From Candidatus Saccharimonadota bacterium (GTDB taxonomy: Bacteria; Patescibacteriota; Saccharimonadia; Saccharimonadales; JAQGHD01), in NCBI GenBank assembly GCA_028288965.1, contig JAQGHD010000008.1:22390-86389 (forward strand): a DNA stretch of 64,000 nt. Reading direction: 5' to 3'. Positions 29,542 to 36,760 of the stretch are shown here, piece by piece (positions within the stretch are counted from its first letter, which is position 1; every line of letters begins with the position of its first letter). The notes under the pieces are model-generated. The model searched no databases, was not told the origin of the DNA, and saw only the letters and a program-made list of their open reading frames with translations. The position numbers and the translations under genes were made by a program.

Positions 29542-30210
29542 TTAAGACTGTAGTGCCGCATATGAATCAACCCACTTCTTATCGTGTGTAGGGTTTGAGT
29601 CATATACAGCAAACTCAACAGTAGGATACTTTACTTCTATCTGTTCAGCTAAAGCTGCATGAAACTTTTCGATAGTTTGGCAAAACTCATCTGAAGTGGA
29701 TTCATAATGTCGTAAGGTGGCAAAGAGTAGACCCTCACGTCTCTTATTATCAGTAGTTGAAATTAATAATGGGTTACCTCGCCACTTTAATATCTTCCAG
29801 CCGTGGGTTGTTGGTAGGTCGGGTAGCGTAAAGTGGCTTTCAAAGTAACTTCCCGGCCTTCGTGCATCACTGGCTGATTTTGGTGCTAGTGGATGCCATG
29901 GGGTTGTTTCAATCTTTTCCCGCACTACTTCTATGCCGGCAGATCTCAGACCTGAGGCGATTCGTCCTAGCTCGACCAGCGATTCGGCGCTTGTACATTC
30001 ATAATCCGAGCCAGTTAAGTAGTCAGGCACACTTTCGCTCTGGGGTGTTTCGTTATAAATAATGTGAGCCTTTACACCTAGCTGACCACACACTTCACGA
30101 AACAGCTGCGGATCAGTTGTGATAGGGTCAGCCGTTACATGTAGTTCGTGTGGGCCAAAAAAATCTCTAACACCTGCTTCTAATATAAAACTTCCATTTT
30201 GCTCACTCAT
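29542..30210 (-). CDS. hypothetical protein, possible 2H phosphoesterase fold
   Basis: Two H-x-T-x motifs (HELHVTAD and ESHFTLPD) about 110 aa apart. Start taken at MSEQNG (30210), because the extension to 30288 would run into a repeat/terminator. Confidence 0.4.
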   Translation of the reverse strand: MSEQNGSFILEAGVRDFFGPHELHVTADPITTDPQLFREVCGQLGVKAHIIYNETPQSESVPDYLTGSDYECTSAESLVELGRIASGLRSAGIEVVREKIETTPWHPLAPKSASDARRPGSYFESHFTLPDLPTTHGWKILKWRGNPLLISTTDNKRREGLLFATLRHYESTSDEFCQTIEKFHAALAEQIEVKYPTVEFAVYDSNPTHDKKWVDSYAALQS

Positions 30211-30303
30211 AATATTTATTATAGACGTGCCTAAAATAAGCGTGCAAGCATGAGCAAAATAAAAATGACCTCCAACTACGAAGGCCATAGTACTTATGCT
30301 TGA

Positions 30304-30362
30304 TAGCCCAAGTACATTCGGATTGGAACTCTATCTTTGCTGAATCAAGTAGATGGAGAGCT
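30304..30362 (-). repeat. island repeat copy E3 (core plus 5' extension)
   Basis: tagcccaagtacattcggattggaac plus ...agatggagagct. Begins 1 nt after the pilin stop at 30364. Confidence 0.7.
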
Positions 30363-30363
30363 A

Positions 30364-30981
30364 TTATTGTTTAATGTTATTGAGTACAGTCCTAATGTTT
30401 GCAAGGGTTTGTGTCTCTTGAGCGTCACCATTAGATTTTGCTGAACAGCTTGCTCCTGGTTCGGCTGGAGCAATGTAATAGTAATCACCTATTAGTGCGG
30501 GTTTGATATTATGAACCGTTTTATCACTAGACGTCATTACCGAGTCATATATTTCTTTGAATGTGGATGTTTCAGTGCCGGGCGCAGGATAAGTATCGGT
30601 AGCTTTGCCTCTTGCCACTTGTACTGAATTCGTTGTGCATGATGGCAAGAGGGTATCTAACTGCTTTGTTCTAAAAGAGGCAACGCTATTATTTAGAGTG
30701 TAGTAGAGGTCTGTCGTATTAGCATCCAAGGGTACTTGAACACCCCATTCTTTAACTGTCAGTGATTTTTGAGTAGTGGTCATAGATTGAGGGGAAGAGG
30801 ATGTCGGCGTTTTAGTGACTTTTTGAGGGGTACTTGCTCCTTGAGAAGTGTTATTGAGGGTTTTGTTGGTATCTTTCTGAGATTTATAGACATACCACCC
30901 AACAAAACCAATCACCCCAACGATTATTAGAATGAGTAAGGCTTCGACTGCCGAAAAGCCTTTACTATTTAACTTTTTCAT
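30364..30981 (-). CDS. type IV pilin-like protein (prepilin N-terminus)
   Basis: MKKLNSKG|FSAVEALLILIIVGVIGFVGWYVY: class III signal with G|F cleavage site and Glu+5. Confidence 0.75.
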   Translation of the reverse strand: MKKLNSKGFSAVEALLILIIVGVIGFVGWYVYKSQKDTNKTLNNTSQGASTPQKVTKTPTSSSPQSMTTTQKSLTVKEWGVQVPLDANTTDLYYTLNNSVASFRTKQLDTLLPSCTTNSVQVARGKATDTYPAPGTETSTFKEIYDSVMTSSDKTVHNIKPALIGDYYYIAPAEPGASCSAKSNGDAQETQTLANIRTVLNNIKQ

Positions 30982-31005
30982 AAAGATTCCTTGATTATTA
31001 GCTTA

Positions 31006-31034
31006 AGCATAATTGAAGCCTGATAACTTTGCAA
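31006..31034 (-). promoter_or_regulatory. pilin promoter (TTGCAA-N17-TATGCT)
   Basis: Minus-strand TTGCAA (31034-31029), 17-nt spacer, TATGCT (31011-31006), followed by the conserved TAAGC. Confidence 0.55.
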
Positions 31035-31056
31035 TTTGACCAAGTGATAGTGGAAC

Positions 31057-31743
31057 CTAGTTGATTGTTAGTGAGTCAAAAGCTTTAGTAAATGTTGTCC
31101 AATAATCTGCAGCGGCCTTAACATTTAGTTCTTCATTTACACTCCCGAATGAATAGGTTTTGTTGCCAATGGCAAATAGATACAGCTTTGAGTCTATGCC
31201 AGAGTTGGTGACAGCATACTGGGTTGATGATTTGCCCTTCAGTTTATTAGTTGTTTTGGTGACCTTATTCAGAGAAGATTGAGCATAATAACCATCATAA
31301 AACGATGTTGCTGTGGCCAGCTTTTCATCCAGGACCTCCACAACCACTGTATTGCTATATTTAGCACCACCTACAAGTTTCAGGCCTGTGCCAAATTGTT
31401 GCCTTGTTGCGCTACCGTTAGTCTCTGCTGCACTGCTTGAGACTTCGTCACTGGTTGTCCAGGTCGTTGGATATTTATAACTAAAGCCATACGTAGAGTT
31501 TGTGTACGTTTTCCAGCCGGCATACACGTCGACAGCTGGTGTTGTGGCTGCTGGTTTAGTAGCGGCACTTGGCTTGGTTGTTGTCGCATTTTGGTTATTT
31601 GCGACATTGTTGTATGAAGTATTGGTTTTGTTTCTTGATTGATATACATACCAGCCCACAAAACCAATGACCCCAACAGTTGTCGCGATTAATAAGCCTT
31701 CGACAGCACTAAAACCCGTTTGATTTTTGTTTAATTTGTCCAT
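31057..31743 (-). CDS. type IV pilin-like protein
   Basis: MDKLNKNQTG|FSAVEGLLIATTVGVIGFVGWYVY. The C-domain is paralogous to 23878-24651. Confidence 0.75.
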   Translation of the reverse strand: MDKLNKNQTGFSAVEGLLIATTVGVIGFVGWYVYQSRNKTNTSYNNVANNQNATTTKPSAATKPAATTPAVDVYAGWKTYTNSTYGFSYKYPTTWTTSDEVSSSAAETNGSATRQQFGTGLKLVGGAKYSNTVVVEVLDEKLATATSFYDGYYAQSSLNKVTKTTNKLKGKSSTQYAVTNSGIDSKLYLFAIGNKTYSFGSVNEELNVKAAADYWTTFTKAFDSLTIN

Positions 31744-31777
31744 TCTGAACGATTCCTTAGATTAAGTAATTATTTTA

Positions 31778-31806
31778 AGCATAAGCGTGGCTAGAGTAAA
31801 TTGCAA
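31778..31806 (-). promoter_or_regulatory. pilin promoter (TTGCAA-N17-TATGCT)
   Basis: Minus-strand TTGCAA (31806-31801), 17-nt spacer, TATGCT (31783-31778). Confidence 0.55.
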
Positions 31807-31833
31807 TAAAAATGACCTCCGGTGAAGGAGGTC
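31807..31833 (-). terminator. intrinsic terminator following repeat copy E4
   Basis: Minus-strand GACCTCC-ttcacc-GGAGGTC followed by ATTTTTA, abutting the -35 of the next promoter. Confidence 0.65.
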
Positions 31834-31845
31834 AAATATGCTTGA

Positions 31846-31918
31846 TAGCCCTGGTACATTCGAACTGGAACGTACTTCCTGGGGAGCTATCTCGTTGGCT
31901 AGAAATATCTAGAGGCAA
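31846..31918 (-). repeat. island repeat copy E4 (core plus 5' extension)
   Basis: tagccctggtacattcgaactggaac ... tctagaggcaa. The extension contains hairpin CTAGA-tatt-TCTAG (minus sense). Confidence 0.7.
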
Positions 31919-31955
31919 GTCAAAAGTAAGCTACTCTACCGGGCGGTAGTGGAAC

Positions 31956-32648
31956 CTAAATTACCTTAACTGTCTTAACAACTTGCTCGATTGTATCACT
32001 GACATTTTCTGCGCCAGACTGTACGGTGTAGCCAAATGTTAGTCTTGAGGCGCCTAATTGCACGCAGTACCCGTAAAACTTATCTCCCTTGACAAGACTT
32101 TGAGCGCCTGTATTAGTAGCAACATCACCGGATTCGACATCTGTATACACATCATTTCCACTGTCAGTTTTAAGAGCTAGTTTGTAGGCTGGTAACTCTG
32201 AACATTTGCCTGTATTTGATGAAGCGGCACCGTAGTCCATAAAGAAGCCGTATGTAAATTCACCCGGACCCGAATACGTTGAGTATTCTTTAACAACTGC
32301 CTTCTGACCAGCTTTGTACTTTATGTCGTCATTCTTGGCAAAAAAGCTATCATTGCTTTCCTGCTTTTTAGTAATCGTCCAGCCGTCAGCAAATCGAATT
32401 GAATAGTGAGGGGCCTTGTATTCCAGCCAACTATCAGACACTTTCTTTTCTGGTGCAGCCGTTTTGGTCTCGCTCTTTTTTGTCGATGTTTGAGAACTGA
32501 TTGTTGATTGTGATGCGTTGCTAAGGCTTTTGTTTGCGTCCTTATTTGATTTATATACATACCAGCCCACAAAACCAATTATGCCCACTATGACTAGGAT
32601 TAATAGCCCCTCAACTGCCGAGAAGCCCCTAGAATTTAACTTTTTCAT
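31956..32648 (-). CDS. type IV pilin-like protein
   Basis: MKKLNSRG|FSAVEGLLILVIVGIIGFVGWYVY. Confidence 0.75.
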   Translation of the reverse strand: MKKLNSRGFSAVEGLLILVIVGIIGFVGWYVYKSNKDANKSLSNASQSTISSQTSTKKSETKTAAPEKKVSDSWLEYKAPHYSIRFADGWTITKKQESNDSFFAKNDDIKYKAGQKAVVKEYSTYSGPGEFTYGFFMDYGAASSNTGKCSELPAYKLALKTDSGNDVYTDVESGDVATNTGAQSLVKGDKFYGYCVQLGASRLTFGYTVQSGAENVSDTIEQVVKTVKVI

Positions 32649-32671
32649 TTAAGTTCCTTTAAGTTAGCTTA

Positions 32672-32700
32672 AGCATAAGCGAAAAATAATCCCAAAGCAA
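32672..32700 (-). promoter_or_regulatory. pilin promoter (TTGCTT-N17-TATGCT)
   Basis: Minus-strand TTGCTT (32700-32695), 17-nt spacer, TATGCT (32677-32672). Confidence 0.5.
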
Positions 32701-32701
32701 T

Positions 32702-32727
32702 AAAAAAGACCCCTTGCAAAAGAGGTT
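32702..32727 (-). terminator. intrinsic terminator following repeat copy E5
   Basis: Minus-strand ACCTCTT-ttgc-AAGGGGT followed by CTTTTTTA. Confidence 0.6.
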
Positions 32728-32739
32728 GAATAGACTTGG

Positions 32740-32817
32740 TAGCCCAAATACATTCGAATTGGAACTTAATGCTTGCGGAGTTAAGCCGCTGGATGCAATC
32801 ATCTGGAGAGGCAACAG
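32740..32817 (-). repeat. island repeat copy E5 (full length, ~78 nt)
   Basis: Aligns over its full length with E6. Contains hairpin GATG-attg-CATC (minus sense) and the core ending GGGCTACCAAG. Confidence 0.75.
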
Positions 32818-32970
32818 TGTAGTCTTTATTCTTCCAATGTAATCGGTATGGCACTACTTTTTTCTTGTTGACACTGTAGTACATGACCACCGGTACTTCT
32901 TTGTTGATTTTCTCTCGTATAAAATTACTCCTTGTTGACTAACTTACAAACTTAGAATTTAATATGCCTT

Positions 32971-33309
32971 ATGGATATATTGAAACCTATGCAAGAACTT
33001 GAGGCACATTCTGCTCACATTGGAGCCATAGCTGATGCTGTTATTGCTGAAATAAATGCTGCTAGCAAAGATGAGCTACAAGCTCAAGTCGATGCGGTAC
33101 CTAATATAGGCAATGCGGCAAGTCACTTGGTTGATTACTACGCAGACGGTCTAGAGCCATTAAGCGATGAAGAACAGGGGCTCTGGAAAGATGCATTTAT
33201 GATTGGTTTACTTACTCGGCATTTATTATCTACAGAAGAAGTTCCAGTTCCCCCACCTGTACTAGGTTCGCCCCCTGAGCTACCTGACTTTTACGGTGAA
33301 GTCAACTAG
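32971..33309 (+). CDS. hypothetical acidic protein (112 aa)
   Basis: The only plus-strand ORF in the island; bracketed by repeat copies E5 and E6. Confidence 0.4.
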   Translation: MDILKPMQELEAHSAHIGAIADAVIAEINAASKDELQAQVDAVPNIGNAASHLVDYYADGLEPLSDEEQGLWKDAFMIGLLTRHLLSTEEVPVPPPVLGSPPELPDFYGEVN

Positions 33310-33374
33310 TATTCAGCCCACTTTACAGATTGATGTACATTGAAAAAGACTCCGAAGAGCCCTCTAAATCTTTG

Positions 33375-33451
33375 TAGCCCAAGTACATTCGAGTTGGAAC
33401 CTACTCTCGGCGGAGTTAAATCGCTGGATGCAATCATCTAGAGAGGCAACA
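33375..33451 (-). repeat. island repeat copy E6 (full length, ~77 nt)
   Basis: tagcccaagtacattcgagttggaac...ggatgcaatcatctagagaggcaaca. Lies ~45 nt after the stop of pilin 33494-34138. Confidence 0.75.
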
Positions 33452-33493
33452 GCGCTTTATTGCATGTGTTTCGCAGGACGTAATATTAATTAT

Positions 33494-34138
33494 CTATAAA
33501 GCCACAAAGCTGCTTGTGAGTGCTCCTACTGCATCCTTAGTTTGTTTCACAAGTGCCGACGAAGAACAATCAGATTGACCACTCCAGTAAATGTAATAGT
33601 AGTTGCCAACCTTTGAGTAGCTAGGGGGTGTGCTATTGCCAGCTTTGAAGTCCTGGCTAAGAAAAGCTTGAGCTGTTACTTCACCTCCTTCAGCAGGGAT
33701 TTTATCTGTTGGCAAGTAGCGTCCAATGTAGCCCCCACCAGCGTTTTGGGTATCTGACGCACCACTTCTCCCGATTCCGCAATAAGGGTCACTTACCGCT
33801 GTAAGCTGCGTTGAGGTAAAGTACGCATTGTTGGTTGGGTATGGTTTTGTGCCAATGGCATATCGAAGTGTCAAAGTTCCATCATATGGTGCTTTTACTC
33901 CCCATTCTTTTACCTCAAAATACTTAGTTGTTGGTTTTGCGGCAGTCTCAGATGCTGCCGAAGTTGATTTCTTTGTGGTACTTGCAGCTTGGTTTGTCGC
34001 AGCTGCGTTGTTGTAGCTGGTTGTTGTCTTTTTATTACTATTCCAAACATACCAGCCGATAAAACCAATGACGCTGACAATAACCAAAATTAATAAGCCT
34101 TCAACTGCGCTGAAGCCTTTTTGATTTATTTTTTTCAT
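33494..34138 (-). CDS. type IV pilin-like protein
   Basis: MKKINQKG|FSAVEGLLILVIVSVIGFIGWYVW. Start at 34138, because the predicted -10 (34169-34164) lies inside the longer ORF. Confidence 0.75.
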   Translation of the reverse strand: MKKINQKGFSAVEGLLILVIVSVIGFIGWYVWNSNKKTTTSYNNAAATNQAASTTKKSTSAASETAAKPTTKYFEVKEWGVKAPYDGTLTLRYAIGTKPYPTNNAYFTSTQLTAVSDPYCGIGRSGASDTQNAGGGYIGRYLPTDKIPAEGGEVTAQAFLSQDFKAGNSTPPSYSKVGNYYYIYWSGQSDCSSSALVKQTKDAVGALTSSFVAL

Positions 34139-34163
34139 AGAATCCTTGCTTAAATTTAGCTTA

Positions 34164-34192
34164 AGCATAATAGATGTTTAGTCGGGTTGCAA
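34164..34192 (-). promoter_or_regulatory. pilin promoter (TTGCAA-N17-TATGCT)
   Basis: Minus-strand TTGCAA (34192-34187), 17-nt spacer, TATGCT (34169-34164). Confidence 0.55.
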
Positions 34193-34292
34193 TTCGACCA
34201 AGAAAGTCCAGAACCTAATTAACAAAGGTGGTTGGCTTAAGGAAATAAATAGAGACTGGTTTTGGAACCAATCTCTATCTGTCATTCATTCT

Positions 34293-34367
34293 TGGTAGCG
34301 GGGGCGGGACTCGAACCCGCGACCTTGTGGTTATGAGCCACACGAGCTGCCACTGCTCTACCCCGCG
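34293..34367 (-). tRNA. tRNA-Met (CAU), initiator type
   Basis: 75 nt: CGCGGGG-TA-GAGC..GCTC-G-TGTGG-CTCATAA-CCACA-AGGTC-GCGGG-TTCGAGT-CCCGC-CCCCGCT-A-CCA. Position 1:72 is unpaired (C1/U72), as in bacterial initiators. Closely resembles E. coli tRNA-fMet as I recall it. CCA is encoded. Confidence 0.8.
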
Positions 34368-34446
34368 ATAACGCACTATGAAAAGACAAGTGAGTGCAAC
34401 ATATAGTACCAAACAGAGGTGGATTTGTCAATTCACGCGCCTAAGC

Positions 34447-34899
34447 TTAGGGAGTGCTGCTTTGGCGATGCAAGAAGAAATTCATCCAGGCGCGGAAGTT
34501 CTTTTCGTGGGCTGACTCTGGTGAAGCAGCCGCAAGGACCTTAGCTTTGCTGGCAGTATCAACGGTATGTGAGTAGGCCACGGTTTTGGGCACCAATATT
34601 TCTGTTTCTCCAGGTGCAGCTTTGCCAAATTGCCTTCTGGCCGAAAGTTCTAGGTATTGATCGGTATTGTAATACTGGTTTTTGAGGCGGACGTTATCGT
34701 TCTCTAACTTTTGCACGCTGTTTTGCTGCTCCAGGGCGCTTATTTGGCGCTGCAGTTCATAGTTACTTTGAATGACTTTCACGCCGCTCCAGCTAACCAT
34801 CAGCACCAGTATTGCAAAGACGGCTTGGCTAAAAACGCGAATGTCTTTAAGCTGTGAAACGCGAGCAGTTTGTAGGATGGTTTTTATTTTATTAAGCAT
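34447..34899 (-). CDS. septum formation initiator (FtsB/DivIC-like)
   Basis: N-terminal TM followed by a coiled coil (YELQRQISALEQQNSVQKLENDNVRLKNQ) and YLELSARRQFG. Confidence 0.6.
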   Translation of the reverse strand: MLNKIKTILQTARVSQLKDIRVFSQAVFAILVLMVSWSGVKVIQSNYELQRQISALEQQNSVQKLENDNVRLKNQYYNTDQYLELSARRQFGKAAPGETEILVPKTVAYSHTVDTASKAKVLAAASPESAHEKNFRAWMNFFLHRQSSTP

Positions 34900-34978
34900 A
34901 CTGGTTTACATTATATAATCTAATCCTAAATCTGCTATACTGGCCTCTGTTATCTGCTATCAAGCAGCTAAGCCAGCT

Positions 34979-35054
34979 GGGGGCGTAGCTCATCGGTTAG
35001 AGCAGGCGGCTCATAACCGCTTGGTAGATGGTTAGATTCCATCCTCCCCCACCA
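34979..35054 (+). tRNA. tRNA with CAU anticodon, probably tRNA-Ile2 (lysidine-modified)
   Basis: 76-nt cloverleaf GGGGGCG..GGCGG-CTCATAA-CCGCT-TGGTA-GATGG-TTAGATT-CCATC-CTCCCCC-A-CCA. The GAGCAGGCGGCTCATAACCGCTTGGT segment resembles E. coli ileX as I recall it. Identity (Ile2 versus Met) is tentative. Confidence 0.7.
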
Positions 35055-35101
35055 TTTTGGATTTCAGTGGCTTTTACCAACATCGCGAACGGTTCAATAT
35101 A

Positions 35102-35293
35102 TTATGGGGCTTGTTTTTGAGTTTCGGACAGGCTTTGGTTGAGCTGAGTTTGCTTAGGTGATTTAGCATTTATAGATCGTAATAATAATATGCCGTAGAT
35201 CAGGGTAAAGATAAGTACCATTAGCAGGATGACCGTTTGAGGTCGCAAAACAGAAACCCTTGGACTAATGCGTATCATGCAAATCAGTATCAT
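35102..35293 (-). CDS. small membrane protein (63 aa), doubtful
   Basis: ORF only; one TM. Confidence 0.25.
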   Translation of the reverse strand: MILICMIRISPRVSVLRPQTVILLMVLIFTLIYGILLLRSINAKSPKQTQLNQSLSETQKQAP

Positions 35294-35375
35294 CTAGTGC
35301 GATCTTAAACACAAGCGTTATGAGTTGCCTGGTTTGAGCTGTTACTTGCAACTCTCTTATGGTAAAACTAGAGCA

Positions 35376-36074
35376 ATGTTACGCCGGACTTGTCCCGTTT
35401 GCCACCATAAGCCACTAACGGTTACCAAAGATTATTTGGTTTGTTATCATTGCCACACCTTTAACAAGCGGCTTAACTTCTTACAGCGGCCATTGGCTTG
35501 GGCTACACAGCGGGGCTGGTGGCTGAGGCTTCCGATTTTGATCTACGTTATCTGGGTATTGCTGCAACTGTTGCCGCATATGCGTGATTTGTATATTGGC
35601 TTACAAAACCGTCGTGATGTACTTTGGCTGCTAGATTTTGGCATTCATGAACTGGGTCACATATTGTTTAAGCCGTTTGGTGAGTTTATGTACATTGCTG
35701 GGGGCAGCCTTTTTCAGTGCTTGTTTCCCCTTATGGGCGTGGTGGCCTTTTGGCAAATTCGCTGGTATTTTGCCAGCGCCATGTGTTGGCCCTGGTTGGG
35801 CATGAACTTGTTCCAGGTGGCCGATTACGCTGCTGATGCTCGTGCCCGCTTACTGCCACTAGCCAGCTTGGGCGGTGATTATGATAAAGCGCACGATTGG
35901 TATCAAATACTTAGCCGCCTAAACAGATTAGATCAAGATCAGATCATTGCCTATCATCTTCGCCAGGCGGGAGTCGCGACCATGGTAATTGGTATTGTGC
36001 TGGGCTCGATTCTGGTGTGGTATATGGGGTTATATGGCTTCTATCGTGTTTTAGACCGCCATCGCAAGGCCTAG
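35376..36074 (+). CDS. membrane protein with N-terminal Zn-ribbon and HExxH motif (putative intramembrane metalloprotease)
   Basis: CPVCHH..x..CYHCH ribbon. HELGH lies at the edge of a TM segment (LLDFGIHELGHILFKPFG). Polytopic. Confidence 0.45.
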   Translation: MLRRTCPVCHHKPLTVTKDYLVCYHCHTFNKRLNFLQRPLAWATQRGWWLRLPILIYVIWVLLQLLPHMRDLYIGLQNRRDVLWLLDFGIHELGHILFKPFGEFMYIAGGSLFQCLFPLMGVVAFWQIRWYFASAMCWPWLGMNLFQVADYAADARARLLPLASLGGDYDKAHDWYQILSRLNRLDQDQIIAYHLRQAGVATMVIGIVLGSILVWYMGLYGFYRVLDRHRKA

Positions 36075-36094
36075 AAGCAGTACAATATATAGGT

Positions 36095-36760
36095 ATGAGA
36101 TTTATTAAGGTAACTGATAGTGAGCCAGTAGCCAAGGCTATAGCCCAAAAGCTCTTGGCGGCTTTGGCGGACGATCAGCACGTGCTTTGGTTAGTACCGG
36201 GCGGGTCAGCTATTGCCGTGGCGGCCCGAGTGAGCCAGCTGCTGAGCGGTGTCAATCTCCAGTGCTTGAGTATGACTTTAACGGATGAGCGTTATGGGCC
36301 GGTTGGCCACGCTGATTCTAACTGGCAACAGCTCAAAGCCGCTGGTTTTGCTTTGCCGGGCGCTCACCTGGTGCCGGTGCTGATCGGTAAAGACCTACCC
36401 AGCACCACCGAAGCTTTTGCGCAGCAGTTGGCAGCGCTGCTGCACAACGCCAGCTACAGCTTAGGCTTGTTTGGCATTGGCCCGGATGGGCATACGGCCG
36501 GCATTTTGCCGGGCAGCCTGGCTGTCACTAGCTCGGCGCTGGCCGCCAGTTATGACGCCGGCAATTTTCAGCGCATTTCCATGACGCCGCTGGCCATAGC
36601 CAAACTGGATGCGGCAGTGGTCTACGCCACGGGGGAGGCCAAGCAGCCGGTACTAGACGCCCTGGAGCAGTCACTGTCCCTAGACAAACAACCGGCCCAA
36701 AGCCTCAAAACAATTTCCGAACTTAACATATATAATGATTACAAAGGAGTACGCAAATGA
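36095..36760 (+). CDS. pgl: 6-phosphogluconolactonase
   Basis: LFGIGPDGHTAGILPGS signature. ATG 36095 preferred over the upstream TTG-type extension. Confidence 0.8.
   Translation: MRFIKVTDSEPVAKAIAQKLLAALADDQHVLWLVPGGSAIAVAARVSQLLSGVNLQCLSMTLTDERYGPVGHADSNWQQLKAAGFALPGAHLVPVLIGKDLPSTTEAFAQQLAALLHNASYSLGLFGIGPDGHTAGILPGSLAVTSSALAASYDAGNFQRISMTPLAIAKLDAAVVYATGEAKQPVLDALEQSLSLDKQPAQSLKTISELNIYNDYKGVRK

Noticed and set aside
32669-32890. 73-aa minus-strand ORF upstream of pilin 31956-32648
   Set aside because: It reads straight through repeat copy E5, its terminator and the predicted pilin promoter. The reading frame is therefore most likely fortuitous.
28596-33451. The six-copy repeat as a CRISPR array
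   Set aside because: Copies are 600-1500 bp apart with irregular spacing. They are separated by full genes with their own promoters, vary in length and sequence, and no cas genes are present.
36017-36094. Upstream extension of pgl (ORF-track start 36017) overlapping the end of the preceding membrane-protein gene
   Set aside because: The extension encodes a hydrophobic peptide unrelated to Pgl and overlaps gene 35376-36074. ATG 36095 gives a normal Pgl N-terminus.
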